A DNA stretch of 32,000 nucleotides from Nitrosopumilus sp. (lineage in GTDB: Archaea; Thermoproteota; Nitrososphaeria; Nitrososphaerales; Nitrosopumilaceae): positions 164,948 through 196,947 of the forward strand of contig NZ_JAILWA010000002.1 of the NCBI RefSeq assembly GCF_025699255.1, given 5' to 3'. This document shows positions 1 through 7,629 of this stretch, in pieces. Each line of letters starts with the position of its first letter. The stretch's first letter is position 1. The notes under the pieces were generated by a model. That model did no database searches. It saw only the letters and a program-made list of their open reading frames with translations, and had not been told where the DNA came from. Made by a program: the position numbers and the translations under genes.

Positions 1-1
1 A

Positions 2-1114
2 CTGTTATCATCAACCCCTACACTAGCTGCAGGTGTTAATCTTCCTGCAAGACGAGTTGTTATTTCAAATGTAAATAGATATAATGCTAAAGTTGGTGCA
101 AACAGACCAATTAGTATTTTGGAATACAAACAACTTTCTGGAAGAGCTGGCAGACCACAGTATGATGATTTTGGTGAATCAATTATTGTTGGTAATGGAA
201 ATACTGAGGATCTAATAGAGTATTACATTAATGGAGAACCTGAGCCCATTGAATCAAAAATTACTGATGACAAATCTTTACGAACACATATTCTTAGTGT
301 TATAGTTACACATCCTGGAATTAAAAAAGAAGAGATTTTAGAATTCTTTTTGCAAACCTTGGGTGGATTACAATCAAGAAAACCTACAATAAAATTTGCA
401 ATAGACATATCTTTACGTTTTCTTTCAAGTAAGTTTCTCATAATCAAAAAAGGTGAGAGATATGCAGCAACTGAATTTGGAAAAAAGACATCAATGCTTT
501 ACATTGATCCATTAACTGCAACCTACTTTAGAGATTCAATTGAAAACGTATCTGAAGAAGGAAAACACACTTTTGGATTTTTACATCTTATAACAAATTG
601 TGAAGAATTTTTTCCAAAATTCTCCTTACGACAAAAAGATTATGAGACTGCAAGTCTGATGATAGAGAATCATTCATCCCAACTACTAGAGCCAATATCT
701 GAATATGATTGCTCAAGAAGTCTCTTGGCCTTACAATCATGGATTACAGAATCTACAGAATTATCTCTCTCCGATAGCCTCGGAATAGAGTCCGGAGATA
801 TGCATAGGATGACCGAAAACGCCAATTGGTTATCTTATTGTCTAAGAGAAATTTCAAAGCATGTTGAAAGAGCAGATTTGCTTGAAGAACTAGGTGATTT
901 GAGAAATAGAGTGGTTTATGGAATAAGAGAGGAATTGTTAGACTTGGTGAGGGTTAAAGGAATTGGTAGGGTTAGAGCCAGAATTCTCTTCAAACATGGA
1001 ATAAAGAATCTAGATGATCTGAGGAAAATTCCAGTGAATAAATTGGCAGAAATTGATAAAATTGGTTCAACCATTGCGGATAACATAAAGGAAGAGTTAC
1101 GAAGGGTAAGATAG
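2..1114 (+). CDS. hel308: Hel308/Ski2-like SF2 DNA helicase, C-terminal part (5' end outside window)
   Basis: Frame 2 is open from the window edge. It reads TPTLAAGVNLPARRVVI...QLSGRAGRPQYD (helicase motif VI region). Ratchet-like domains follow, then a terminal helix-hairpin-helix (VKGIGRVRARILFKHGI...KIGSTIADNI). The listed ORF start at 119 (TTG) is only the first start-like codon inside a longer open frame. Confidence 0.85.
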   Translation: MLSSTPTLAAGVNLPARRVVISNVNRYNAKVGANRPISILEYKQLSGRAGRPQYDDFGESIIVGNGNTEDLIEYYINGEPEPIESKITDDKSLRTHILSVIVTHPGIKKEEILEFFLQTLGGLQSRKPTIKFAIDISLRFLSSKFLIIKKGERYAATEFGKKTSMLYIDPLTATYFRDSIENVSEEGKHTFGFLHLITNCEEFFPKFSLRQKDYETASLMIENHSSQLLEPISEYDCSRSLLALQSWITESTELSLSDSLGIESGDMHRMTENANWLSYCLREISKHVERADLLEELGDLRNRVVYGIREELLDLVRVKGIGRVRARILFKHGIKNLDDLRKIPVNKLAEIDKIGSTIADNIKEELRRVR

Positions 1115-1115
1115 T

Positions 1116-2108
1116 TTGCTTGATTTACTAATTCCTGCAATTATTTCATGCATTGTAGCATTTGTTATAGTGTATGCTATGACACCGCCTTTAATCAAAA
1201 TTTTAGAAAAAAGAAATTTTGCGGTAAAGGATATGAACAAAAAAGAAGATGTGATGGTAGTAAGACCTGGAGGTCCTGCATTAATTGTAGGAATTATTGC
1301 ATCTGAAATTGTTCTTTATGCATTTTTACAAATGAATGAAATAATTGCAATTGTAATCACAACCTCTGCAGCATTTCTAATTGGATATGTTGATGATAGA
1401 AAAGTGATGGGTGGATGGTTTAAACCAGTTGCATTAGCAGTAGCTGCAATCCCAATTATAGCACTAGGTGCATATGATAGCACTCTTGCTTTTCCTTTGT
1501 TTGGAACGGTACAAATTCCGGCACTCTATCTTGTACTGATAATTTTTATGATTCCAATTACTGGAAATACAATCAACTCTATTGATGTTCTTAATGGAGT
1601 TGCTAGTGGATTTATGGTGATTGCCAGCTTTTCATTATCAATTTGTTTGTTTATTGTACAAAATTATGAGATTGCAATAATCAGCTTACCTCTTGGATTT
1701 GTTTCGTTGGCTTTTTACAAATATCACAAGGTTCCAAGCAAAATTTTTCCTGGAGATTCTGGAGCACTAACTTTGGGTGCGATGTATGGTGCTATTGCAA
1801 TTGTTGGAGGAGTTGAAATAATTGCTGCAGTTGCTCTTTTGCCTGCAGTAATCAACTCATTTTTGTTCCTCTCAAGCGTAAAACGAATTGTAGAACATAG
1901 ACAAATCAAGGGAAAACCAGTAGAACATACTGAAGATTTTAGATTAAAGGCAACTGATGATAAACAAGCACCTGTAACATTGGTGAGATTGATTCTTGCA
2001 GGAGGACCAATGTCTGAAAAACAAGTAGGATTTGCAATTTTCAAATTGGCAATATTTTCAGGAGTTTTGGCAGTAATTACTGCATTTATGATGGGAGTAT
2101 CATTATGA
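1116..2108 (+). CDS. Glycosyltransferase family 4 (MraY/WecA/AglH-like) UDP-HexNAc:polyprenyl-phosphate HexNAc-1-phosphate transferase
   Basis: Polytopic membrane protein with family motifs GYVDDRK and GNTINSIDVLNGVASG (NxxNxxDGxDG-like). The TTG start lies 1 nt after the hel308 stop. An alternative later Met (MTPPLIK) is possible. Confidence 0.75.
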   Translation: MLDLLIPAIISCIVAFVIVYAMTPPLIKILEKRNFAVKDMNKKEDVMVVRPGGPALIVGIIASEIVLYAFLQMNEIIAIVITTSAAFLIGYVDDRKVMGGWFKPVALAVAAIPIIALGAYDSTLAFPLFGTVQIPALYLVLIIFMIPITGNTINSIDVLNGVASGFMVIASFSLSICLFIVQNYEIAIISLPLGFVSLAFYKYHKVPSKIFPGDSGALTLGAMYGAIAIVGGVEIIAAVALLPAVINSFLFLSSVKRIVEHRQIKGKPVEHTEDFRLKATDDKQAPVTLVRLILAGGPMSEKQVGFAIFKLAIFSGVLAVITAFMMGVSL

Positions 2109-2335
2109 AATCTGGTCTATTTGGATTTTTGTTTGGAATGTGGATACTAATTATTATTGGAGGTGGGATTGTGGTTACACTTCTGGGACCAATATCTATT
2201 TCTGGATTTGGTGAGTTAAATTGGTTTATTGCATCTGTGATTAAAGCAATAATTGCTCTAGTTCTTGTTGTAATATGGATTTTAATTTTGTCAAAACTAA
2301 AGAATTGGATTTTCAAAAAAGAAATTAAACTCTAA
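2105..2335 (+). CDS. Small two-TM membrane protein, function unknown
   Basis: The ATG overlaps the stop of the GT4 gene (ATGA). There are two clear hydrophobic helices and a basic C-terminus. No recognisable family. Confidence 0.5.
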   Translation: MKSGLFGFLFGMWILIIIGGGIVVTLLGPISISGFGELNWFIASVIKAIIALVLVVIWILILSKLKNWIFKKEIKL

Positions 2336-2808
2336 CTTTCTAACCACTGTCTTTGCTTTTTGTCATATTCTTCTCTTGTATATCTGATTGAAGCTGGAGA
2401 TCCCATCACAACAGAATTTTCTGGAACATCTCTTGTTACAATTGCACCCATTGCAACAACACTATTTTTTCCTACCGTCACACCTGCTTTGATTACTGCA
2501 CGTGCACCAATTATTGCATTATCACCAATGTTAACTCCAATCATTTTATCACACATTGGATAAGGATCATTTGTTAATACTGCAGCAGGTCCAATGAATG
2601 CATTCTTTCCAATTCTGGATAATGGTGGAATGTATGCTTGACCTTCAATCTTTGTATTTTCTCCAATTTTTACATCATAATCAATATGTACAAGAGAACC
2701 AATCTTAACATTATCTCCAATCTCTACATTATCTCCAACATATGAAAAATGCCAAATTTGGACATTATTGCCAATCTTTGCTTTCTCTGAAATAAAATTA
2801 GTTACCAT
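2332..2808 (-). CDS. Left-handed beta-helix (hexapeptide-repeat) sugar N-acetyltransferase, WlbB/WbpD-like
   Basis: Repeated [LIV]G-x4 hexapeptides (IGNNVQI, VGDNVEIGDNVKIGS, IGENTKIEG). IWHFSYV and FIGPAAVLTNDPYP resemble WlbB-type acetyltransferases. Confidence 0.8.
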   Translation of the reverse strand: MVTNFISEKAKIGNNVQIWHFSYVGDNVEIGDNVKIGSLVHIDYDVKIGENTKIEGQAYIPPLSRIGKNAFIGPAAVLTNDPYPMCDKMIGVNIGDNAIIGARAVIKAGVTVGKNSVVAMGAIVTRDVPENSVVMGSPASIRYTREEYDKKQRQWLES

Positions 2809-2811
2809 TTC

Positions 2812-3081
2812 TTACAAGTGCCATGGGTTTGCCTTTGTAATAATTTTTTCAGGCAATTTATCCTTGTAGTTTTTTAGAAATTCCATTTCTTGCTTTTTAT
2901 CACGTAATTCATCAGGAAGCATTATTGGAATTTCTTCTATAATTGGGTAAAATCGAGAGCATTTTGGACAAAAAATTGCACCTTCTGAAACCACGTTATC
3001 TTTCTCCTTTATCCCAAATAATTCCAAAGGATGATTTTTGTCAATTGGACATGCCAATATATCCATCATTGTTTTATTCAT
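2812..3081 (-). CDS. Trm112/DUF343-like zinc-ribbon small protein
   Basis: LACPIDK...CPKCSRFYPIIEEIPIMLPDE matches the Trm112 family pattern. The start overlaps the upstream oxidoreductase stop by 4 nt (ATGA). Confidence 0.7.
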   Translation of the reverse strand: MNKTMMDILACPIDKNHPLELFGIKEKDNVVSEGAIFCPKCSRFYPIIEEIPIMLPDELRDKKQEMEFLKNYKDKLPEKIITKANPWHL

Positions 3082-4013
3082 TTTAGATCCAGATAGATGG
3101 GAATTCCCTTTTGACTAGATAAAAGTGCTGCCTCGGCAATTTTTGTTACATTTACTGCCTCTTGTGATTTAACAATGTGTTCATTCTTGCCTTCAATTGC
3201 ACCAAGAAAACTTTGAATTTCACGTAATAGTGGCTCTTGTTTCTCATTTTGAATTGTTTCTGAATCTTCATCTTTTTCTACAATAATTTCTTGAGTAATA
3301 AAATCAGATGAAATTATTGCATCGGTACATACTGCACTGAATTTTCTCAATTTTTTTGGTGTAATCCAATTTGATGAAATTATTGCAACTTTATCATTTT
3401 TGTATCCAAGCATTATGCTTGTAAAATCCTCATGTTCGTGTTTTATTTTTCCTGCTCTTGCAAAAACAACTTGTGGCATATCATCAAACAACCAATTTGC
3501 AGTATCAATATCATGCACTGATGTATCATAAATAATTCCCACATCTTTGATGTGAAGTGGCATTCTGTTTTCTCTGTGAAATTCAAGCATTACTAGATCT
3601 CCATATTTTTTTTCTTTGACCATTTTTTTTACCACATCTACTGCCGGATTAAATCTCTCAATATATCCACAGGTAAGAATTACTTTGTTTTTTTCTGCTA
3701 GTTTTACAAGAGTTTGTCCATCTTCTGATTTATAGGTCATTGGCTTTTCAACAAATACGTGCTTTTTTGCATGTAGCAACTTTTTTGCAATTTCAGTATG
3801 AGTTGATGTAGGAGTCACAACAAATGCTCCGTCAAATTCTTCGGTCTTTAATAATTCATCTAGTGATTCATAATGATTTACTGAATATTTTTCTCCATAT
3901 TCCTTACTTTTTTGAGAGTCTGCATCACAGACAGCGACTAAAACCCCTAATTGTGATAGAATTCTAGTATGGTTCTTTCCCCATCCTCCGGTTCCGATCT
4001 GAACAATTTTCAT
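3078..4013 (-). CDS. Gfo/Idh/MocA-family NAD(P)-dependent oxidoreductase (WlbA/WbpB-like sugar dehydrogenase)
   Basis: N-terminal Rossmann motif MKIVQIGTGGWGKNH, then FVEKP and the overall family layout. The start abuts the ilvE stop with a 0-nt gap. Confidence 0.75.
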   Translation of the reverse strand: MKIVQIGTGGWGKNHTRILSQLGVLVAVCDADSQKSKEYGEKYSVNHYESLDELLKTEEFDGAFVVTPTSTHTEIAKKLLHAKKHVFVEKPMTYKSEDGQTLVKLAEKNKVILTCGYIERFNPAVDVVKKMVKEKKYGDLVMLEFHRENRMPLHIKDVGIIYDTSVHDIDTANWLFDDMPQVVFARAGKIKHEHEDFTSIMLGYKNDKVAIISSNWITPKKLRKFSAVCTDAIISSDFITQEIIVEKDEDSETIQNEKQEPLLREIQSFLGAIEGKNEHIVKSQEAVNVTKIAEAALLSSQKGIPIYLDLK

Positions 4014-4931
4014 CTAGTAAACCTCAGTTAACCAATGAGAATAATCTTCATTTTTGTCCATTACTATCTCTGTATACTCTGCCATCATCTTTTTTGTAAT
4101 GTCTCCTGGTTTCCCATTTCCAATTCGTTTTGAATCCATTTTGATGATTGGTGTAATCTCAGCTGCTGTACCTGTAAGGAATATTTCCTCAGATATGATT
4201 AATTCACTTCTTGTAATGTCCCTTTCAATTACATCAAGATCTAAATCTTTTCCAATCTTGAGAATGGCATCACGTGTAATACCTTCTAATGCTGATGATG
4301 CAAGTGATGGTGTAATTAATTGACCATTTCTTACAATGAATATATTTTCACCCGGTGCTTCACTAACATTTCCATTATGATCAAGTAAGATTGCTTCATC
4401 CACACCGTTTCGTTTTGCTTCTTGTGTAGCTATAATGGAATTCAGATAATTTCCTCCCATTTTTGCTTGAGGTGGAGTTGACATGTCTGAGAATTTTCTC
4501 CATGATACAATTCCTGCTGTTATTCCGTTTTTGTTAAACAAATCACCAAATGGGAATGTAAAGATGGCAACATTTGTTGGAGCATTGTTTGTTACATGAA
4601 GATTGATTCCATAATCGCCTACAAAATAAAATGGTCTAATGTAACAGGATTTTTTTATTTTATTTTTTTTACAAATTCCAATTATGGCATTTGTAATTTC
4701 TTTATCAGAAAAATTAAGTGATATATCATAAAATTGACCAGATCTTCTAAATCGTTTTACATGTTCATCTAATCTAAACACATTAAGATTTTTTCCATTC
4801 CAATATGCTCTAATCCCTTCAAAGATTGATGTTCCATAATGAATTGCATGTGTTGTTATTGGAACCTGTGCTTTTTCTGTAGGTACATACTTTCCATCAA
4901 ACCAAACATACTTTGATAAAGGAAGTTTCAT
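4014..4931 (-). CDS. ilvE: Branched-chain amino acid aminotransferase (fold type IV PLP enzyme)
   Basis: Collinear by eye with bacterial IlvE: YVWFDGKYVP, HAIHYGTSIFEGIRAY, CYIRP, AKMGGNYLNS, EAPGENIF, ALEGITRD, LTGTAAEITP. Confidence 0.9.
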   Translation of the reverse strand: MKLPLSKYVWFDGKYVPTEKAQVPITTHAIHYGTSIFEGIRAYWNGKNLNVFRLDEHVKRFRRSGQFYDISLNFSDKEITNAIIGICKKNKIKKSCYIRPFYFVGDYGINLHVTNNAPTNVAIFTFPFGDLFNKNGITAGIVSWRKFSDMSTPPQAKMGGNYLNSIIATQEAKRNGVDEAILLDHNGNVSEAPGENIFIVRNGQLITPSLASSALEGITRDAILKIGKDLDLDVIERDITRSELIISEEIFLTGTAAEITPIIKMDSKRIGNGKPGDITKKMMAEYTEIVMDKNEDYSHWLTEVY

Positions 4932-4959
4932 AGGACAGCTTTATCAGATGTGTATTAAT

Positions 4960-5562
4960 CTATTTTGAATAGCCTTCTTTAGGAAATTTCATTCCTACAA
5001 TTCTTGTGGTTTGATCTTCTTCATTTGCATATTTTTCGACCGTTTTCCATTCGTCTTCAATAATTTTTACTATGTTTTCTGGAACATCTTTTTTCCAATC
5101 TGATTTTTTACCTAGTACTGCATCATACAACTTTTCTTTTACAGACGTTGCTGAAAGTGTTTTTCTCTCACCAATCTTTGGTTTTAGTCTATACATTTTC
5201 AGCATATATCCTTCTGCTTTATCCCCTGTATACGAAAAATATTCACCTTCAACTCCATCGAGAATTTGTTTTCTTAGCTTCCAGGATTTCCTTCTTACTA
5301 GTGGTGGAAGATATTTTTTGAATGGTGCTTTGAAAGCATAATCATCCGTAATTTTGATTGAATTTCCAAAAATTGCTTCCAGCATTTTCTTTCTTGTTTT
5401 AAAATTAAATGGAAAACTTTTACTGTTAATTTCTCGATCTTCGTCTTTAAACACAACAGGCATCACTTTGACAATGTCTGCTTGTTTTTTTAATTCTGAA
5501 ATTATCTCAACATGTGCATTTGTGACTGGATTTAGATGTGCAAGATATAGTGCTGTAATCAA
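4960..5562 (-). CDS. Cytidylyltransferase-like nucleotidyltransferase, NMNAT-like but with a degenerate HxGH motif
   Basis: N-terminal strand plus LNPVTNAH (where the family has PFHxGH), PFNFKTRKKML, and a C-terminal LSATSVKEK (ISxTxxR-like). The TTG start is forced, because TAA lies immediately upstream in frame and there is no nearby ATG. Confidence 0.55.
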   Translation of the reverse strand: MITALYLAHLNPVTNAHVEIISELKKQADIVKVMPVVFKDEDREINSKSFPFNFKTRKKMLEAIFGNSIKITDDYAFKAPFKKYLPPLVRRKSWKLRKQILDGVEGEYFSYTGDKAEGYMLKMYRLKPKIGERKTLSATSVKEKLYDAVLGKKSDWKKDVPENIVKIIEDEWKTVEKYANEEDQTTRIVGMKFPKEGYSK

Positions 5563-5613
5563 TTACATCACGTAAATAATTCTCATATTTCAATGATTGA
5601 TTTTTTTAAAATT

Positions 5614-6459
5614 CTATCCGTACGATTCGTATTTGACTTCAAAGCTTCCGTCTTCGCGTTTGTTATGTTCAGTAACAAATCCTTTTGGATTCAAAAAGTC
5701 CATTACCCCGTCGATGGTACCTTGCCATCCACAAACATAGAAGATTGTGTTCTCTTTAGTAATTTTATCTTCAATTAATTCTTCTAATGGAGAAAGTCCG
5801 CTTTCTCTTGGTCTTAGGAATGTTTCAACTCTTCCAACTTGTCCTGCCCAAGATCTGTTAAACCATTCTTGTGGTCTACTAATAGCAGCTCTGTATCTGA
5901 AATTCCAGACATCTTTGCCTTTAGCAATACTCTCATTTTCAAGACCAGTTAACAAATCTTTATAGCTTAATTCATCAACATAACTTGCACCATGTAAGAC
6001 AACAATCTCTCGTTTGTCTCCTGAATCATGTAGATGCTGTGCAAAACTTACGAATGGTGCTAATCCTGTTCCGCCACCAATACAAACAATTCTCCTGTTG
6101 TCTTTTTCACCGTTTGTCAATTCTTCATTAATCAATAATGCTCTACCAGTTGGTTTCAACCATAAAATTTCATCTCCTTCTTTTACGTTGAAGATTTGTG
6201 TAGTTAATCTTCCCGGAAGTGGTTTTCTTACCCATCTGATAACTAATTCAATGTAATCTCTATTTTCTGGATGTGATGCAATTGAATATGCTCGTCTAAC
6301 AATTTTTCCATTTTCTACAGGATTTGGTAATCCTAATGTAATGAATTGTCCTGCTTTGTATTCTGGTACAGGACCGTCTTTTGGAACAAGTCTGATAATT
6401 ACAAGATCTTCTTTCAACAATTGTACATATGTGACAGTTGCTTTGTTATCTACGACCAT
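5614..6459 (-). CDS. Ferredoxin-NADP+ reductase family flavoprotein (FNR paralogue 1)
   Basis: FAD-binding RAYSIAS (RxYS) and NAD(P)-binding CIGGGTGLAP. Size and C-terminal aromatic (KYESYG) are typical of FNR-type reductases. Confidence 0.85.
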   Translation of the reverse strand: MVVDNKATVTYVQLLKEDLVIIRLVPKDGPVPEYKAGQFITLGLPNPVENGKIVRRAYSIASHPENRDYIELVIRWVRKPLPGRLTTQIFNVKEGDEILWLKPTGRALLINEELTNGEKDNRRIVCIGGGTGLAPFVSFAQHLHDSGDKREIVVLHGASYVDELSYKDLLTGLENESIAKGKDVWNFRYRAAISRPQEWFNRSWAGQVGRVETFLRPRESGLSPLEELIEDKITKENTIFYVCGWQGTIDGVMDFLNPKGFVTEHNKREDGSFEVKYESYG

Positions 6460-6482
6460 AACGATTGAATCAGCATTTGCAA

Positions 6483-6495
6483 GGTTAAATATATT
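6483..6495 (-). promoter_or_regulatory. Putative TATA/BRE promoter element of FNR paralogue 1
   Basis: Plus-strand GGTTAAATATATT (minus strand AATATATTTAACC) lies 24-36 nt upstream of the ATG at 6459. The identical 13-mer occurs at identical spacing upstream of the paralogue at 18994-19006. Confidence 0.55.
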
Positions 6496-6584
6496 GTGTT
6501 AATTTCATAACGGGATTATCTTATTGACCGCTAAACGTTAATAACCAATTTGAAAACCGTATTTCAATCAGATTTCTGATTAAT

Positions 6585-6658
6585 GGGCCGGTCGTCTAGT
6601 CCGGTAGGATAGGTGCATGGCATGCATCGGATCGAGGGTTCAAATCCCTTCCGGTCCA
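6585..6658 (+). tRNA. tRNA-Ala (anticodon GGC)
   Basis: Hand-folded cloverleaf. Acceptor GGGCCGG/CCGGUCC carries the G3:U70 alanine identity pair. Anticodon arm is GGUGC-AUGGCAU-GCAUC and T arm is GAGGG-UUCAAAU-CCCUU. Discriminator is A. No encoded CCA. Confidence 0.9.
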
Positions 6659-7197
6659 CTTATTTTTTTAATTAAAGAAACCATTTTTTCTAATTCAGAA
6701 TCTTTTTCTGTTAAAATCTCATTAATTTTTTCTTCAGAAATTGAAATTTTTAAATCAATAATTGCTTGTAATGCACTTTTTTTTACTTCTAAATTAGAAT
6801 CTGCTAATCCTTCCAGAAATATTTCTCTAGCTTCTCTAGCTTTGAGATGTCCTAATGCTCCTAGTGCACATGATCTTACCATAGAGCGTTCATCATTTAC
6901 AAGTTTGATTATTTCAGGAATTGCTTCAGTTTCATTTCTGTTTGCTAAAACTAATGATGCAAATCCTCTGATGTTTTTATTTGCAGTTTTTAAACTATCA
7001 ATTAAAAAATTTGAAATTTTGTTTTTGTTTAATATTAGAGAACTAAATGCCTCCCCTCTTACTTTGATATCATCATCATCTAACTGAGAGATAATTTTTC
7101 CCAAAATTTCTGGATTGTTTACATTATCCAAAGTCTCTAAAATTTTGATTTTTTCTTTACTACTTCCATTTTCTAAAACTTTTGAAATATTTTCCAA
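6640..7197 (-). CDS. HEAT/PBS-lyase-like repeat protein
   Basis: Several approximately 30-aa repeats carry the HEAT-like signature (D..VRGEAFSSL, NIRGFASLVLAN, VRSCALGALGHL, VKKSALQAI). The last 6 codons and the stop are antisense to the 3' end of tRNA-Ala. Confidence 0.7.
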   Translation of the reverse strand: MENISKVLENGSSKEKIKILETLDNVNNPEILGKIISQLDDDDIKVRGEAFSSLILNKNKISNFLIDSLKTANKNIRGFASLVLANRNETEAIPEIIKLVNDERSMVRSCALGALGHLKAREAREIFLEGLADSNLEVKKSALQAIIDLKISISEEKINEILTEKDSELEKMVSLIKKISGPEGI

Positions 7198-7282
7198 GTT
7201 ATGACTAAATTCCTTGTTTCTAGTTAATAATGGTTCAAATTTTTCAAAAATTTTTCATTTAATTCGAAAATATACTTTTAGC

Positions 7283-7290
7283 TTTAAATT
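7283..7290 (+). promoter_or_regulatory. Putative TATA box of albA
   Basis: TTTAAATT lies 23-30 nt upstream of the ATG at 7313. Confidence 0.4.
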
Positions 7291-7312
7291 ATCCTTAAAT
7301 ACCAATTTTTGC

Positions 7313-7600
7313 ATGTCAAGTGAAACTCGAGACACCGTATTCATTGGTAAGAAACCATTGATGGCATATGTTACATCAACGCTAATTCAATTGGCAAACT
7401 TACCTTCCGTCAACATCAAAGCTAGAGGACTCAGCATTGGACGTGCTGTCGATGTAGCTCAAATCATTGCAAGAAAGACAGAAAATGCAGGCTACTCTAT
7501 CGGAGAAATCAAAATTGGCTCAGAATCATTAGAGTCACAAGACGGTAGAACAAGAAATGTTTCCACAATAGAAATTGAAGTAAAGAAAAACGCAAGTTAA
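7313..7600 (+). CDS. albA: Alba (Sso10b) DNA/RNA-binding chromatin protein
   Basis: MSSETRDTVFIGKKPLMAYVTSTLIQL...NIKARGLSIGRAVDVAQIIARK is typical Alba, and the length (95 aa) fits. The 33 codons upstream in the listed ORF (from 7214) are low-complexity promoter DNA. Confidence 0.9.
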   Translation: MSSETRDTVFIGKKPLMAYVTSTLIQLANLPSVNIKARGLSIGRAVDVAQIIARKTENAGYSIGEIKIGSESLESQDGRTRNVSTIEIEVKKNAS

Positions 7601-7617
7601 TTGTACTTTACTTGAAA

Positions 7618-7623
7618 TTTTTT
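7618..7623. terminator. Oligo-T tract between convergent albA and the PrpB-like gene
   Basis: A T6 run, followed by further T-rich sequence, lies directly after the albA stop. Archaeal termination commonly uses oligo-T. Confidence 0.3.
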
Positions 7624-7629
7624 ATTTTA

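Noticed and set aside
2086-2316. 76-aa minus-strand ORF antisense to the small membrane protein gene.
   Set aside because: Its composition is unlike a real protein (Ile/Pro/Asn runs) and it has no coupling to neighbouring minus-strand genes. The plus-strand ORF has clean TM helices and ATGA coupling.
6617-7087. 156-aa plus-strand ORF beginning inside tRNA-Ala and running antisense to the HEAT-repeat gene.
   Set aside because: It starts within a tRNA gene. It has Ser/Phe/Ile-rich composition typical of the antisense of an AT-rich coding strand. The opposite strand shows clear HEAT-like repeats.
7214-7312. 33-codon N-terminal extension of the Alba ORF.
   Set aside because: The extension is A/T-rich promoter DNA containing the TATA-like box. 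Alba proteins are about 90-100 aa, and the internal ATG at 7313 gives the canonical N-terminus.
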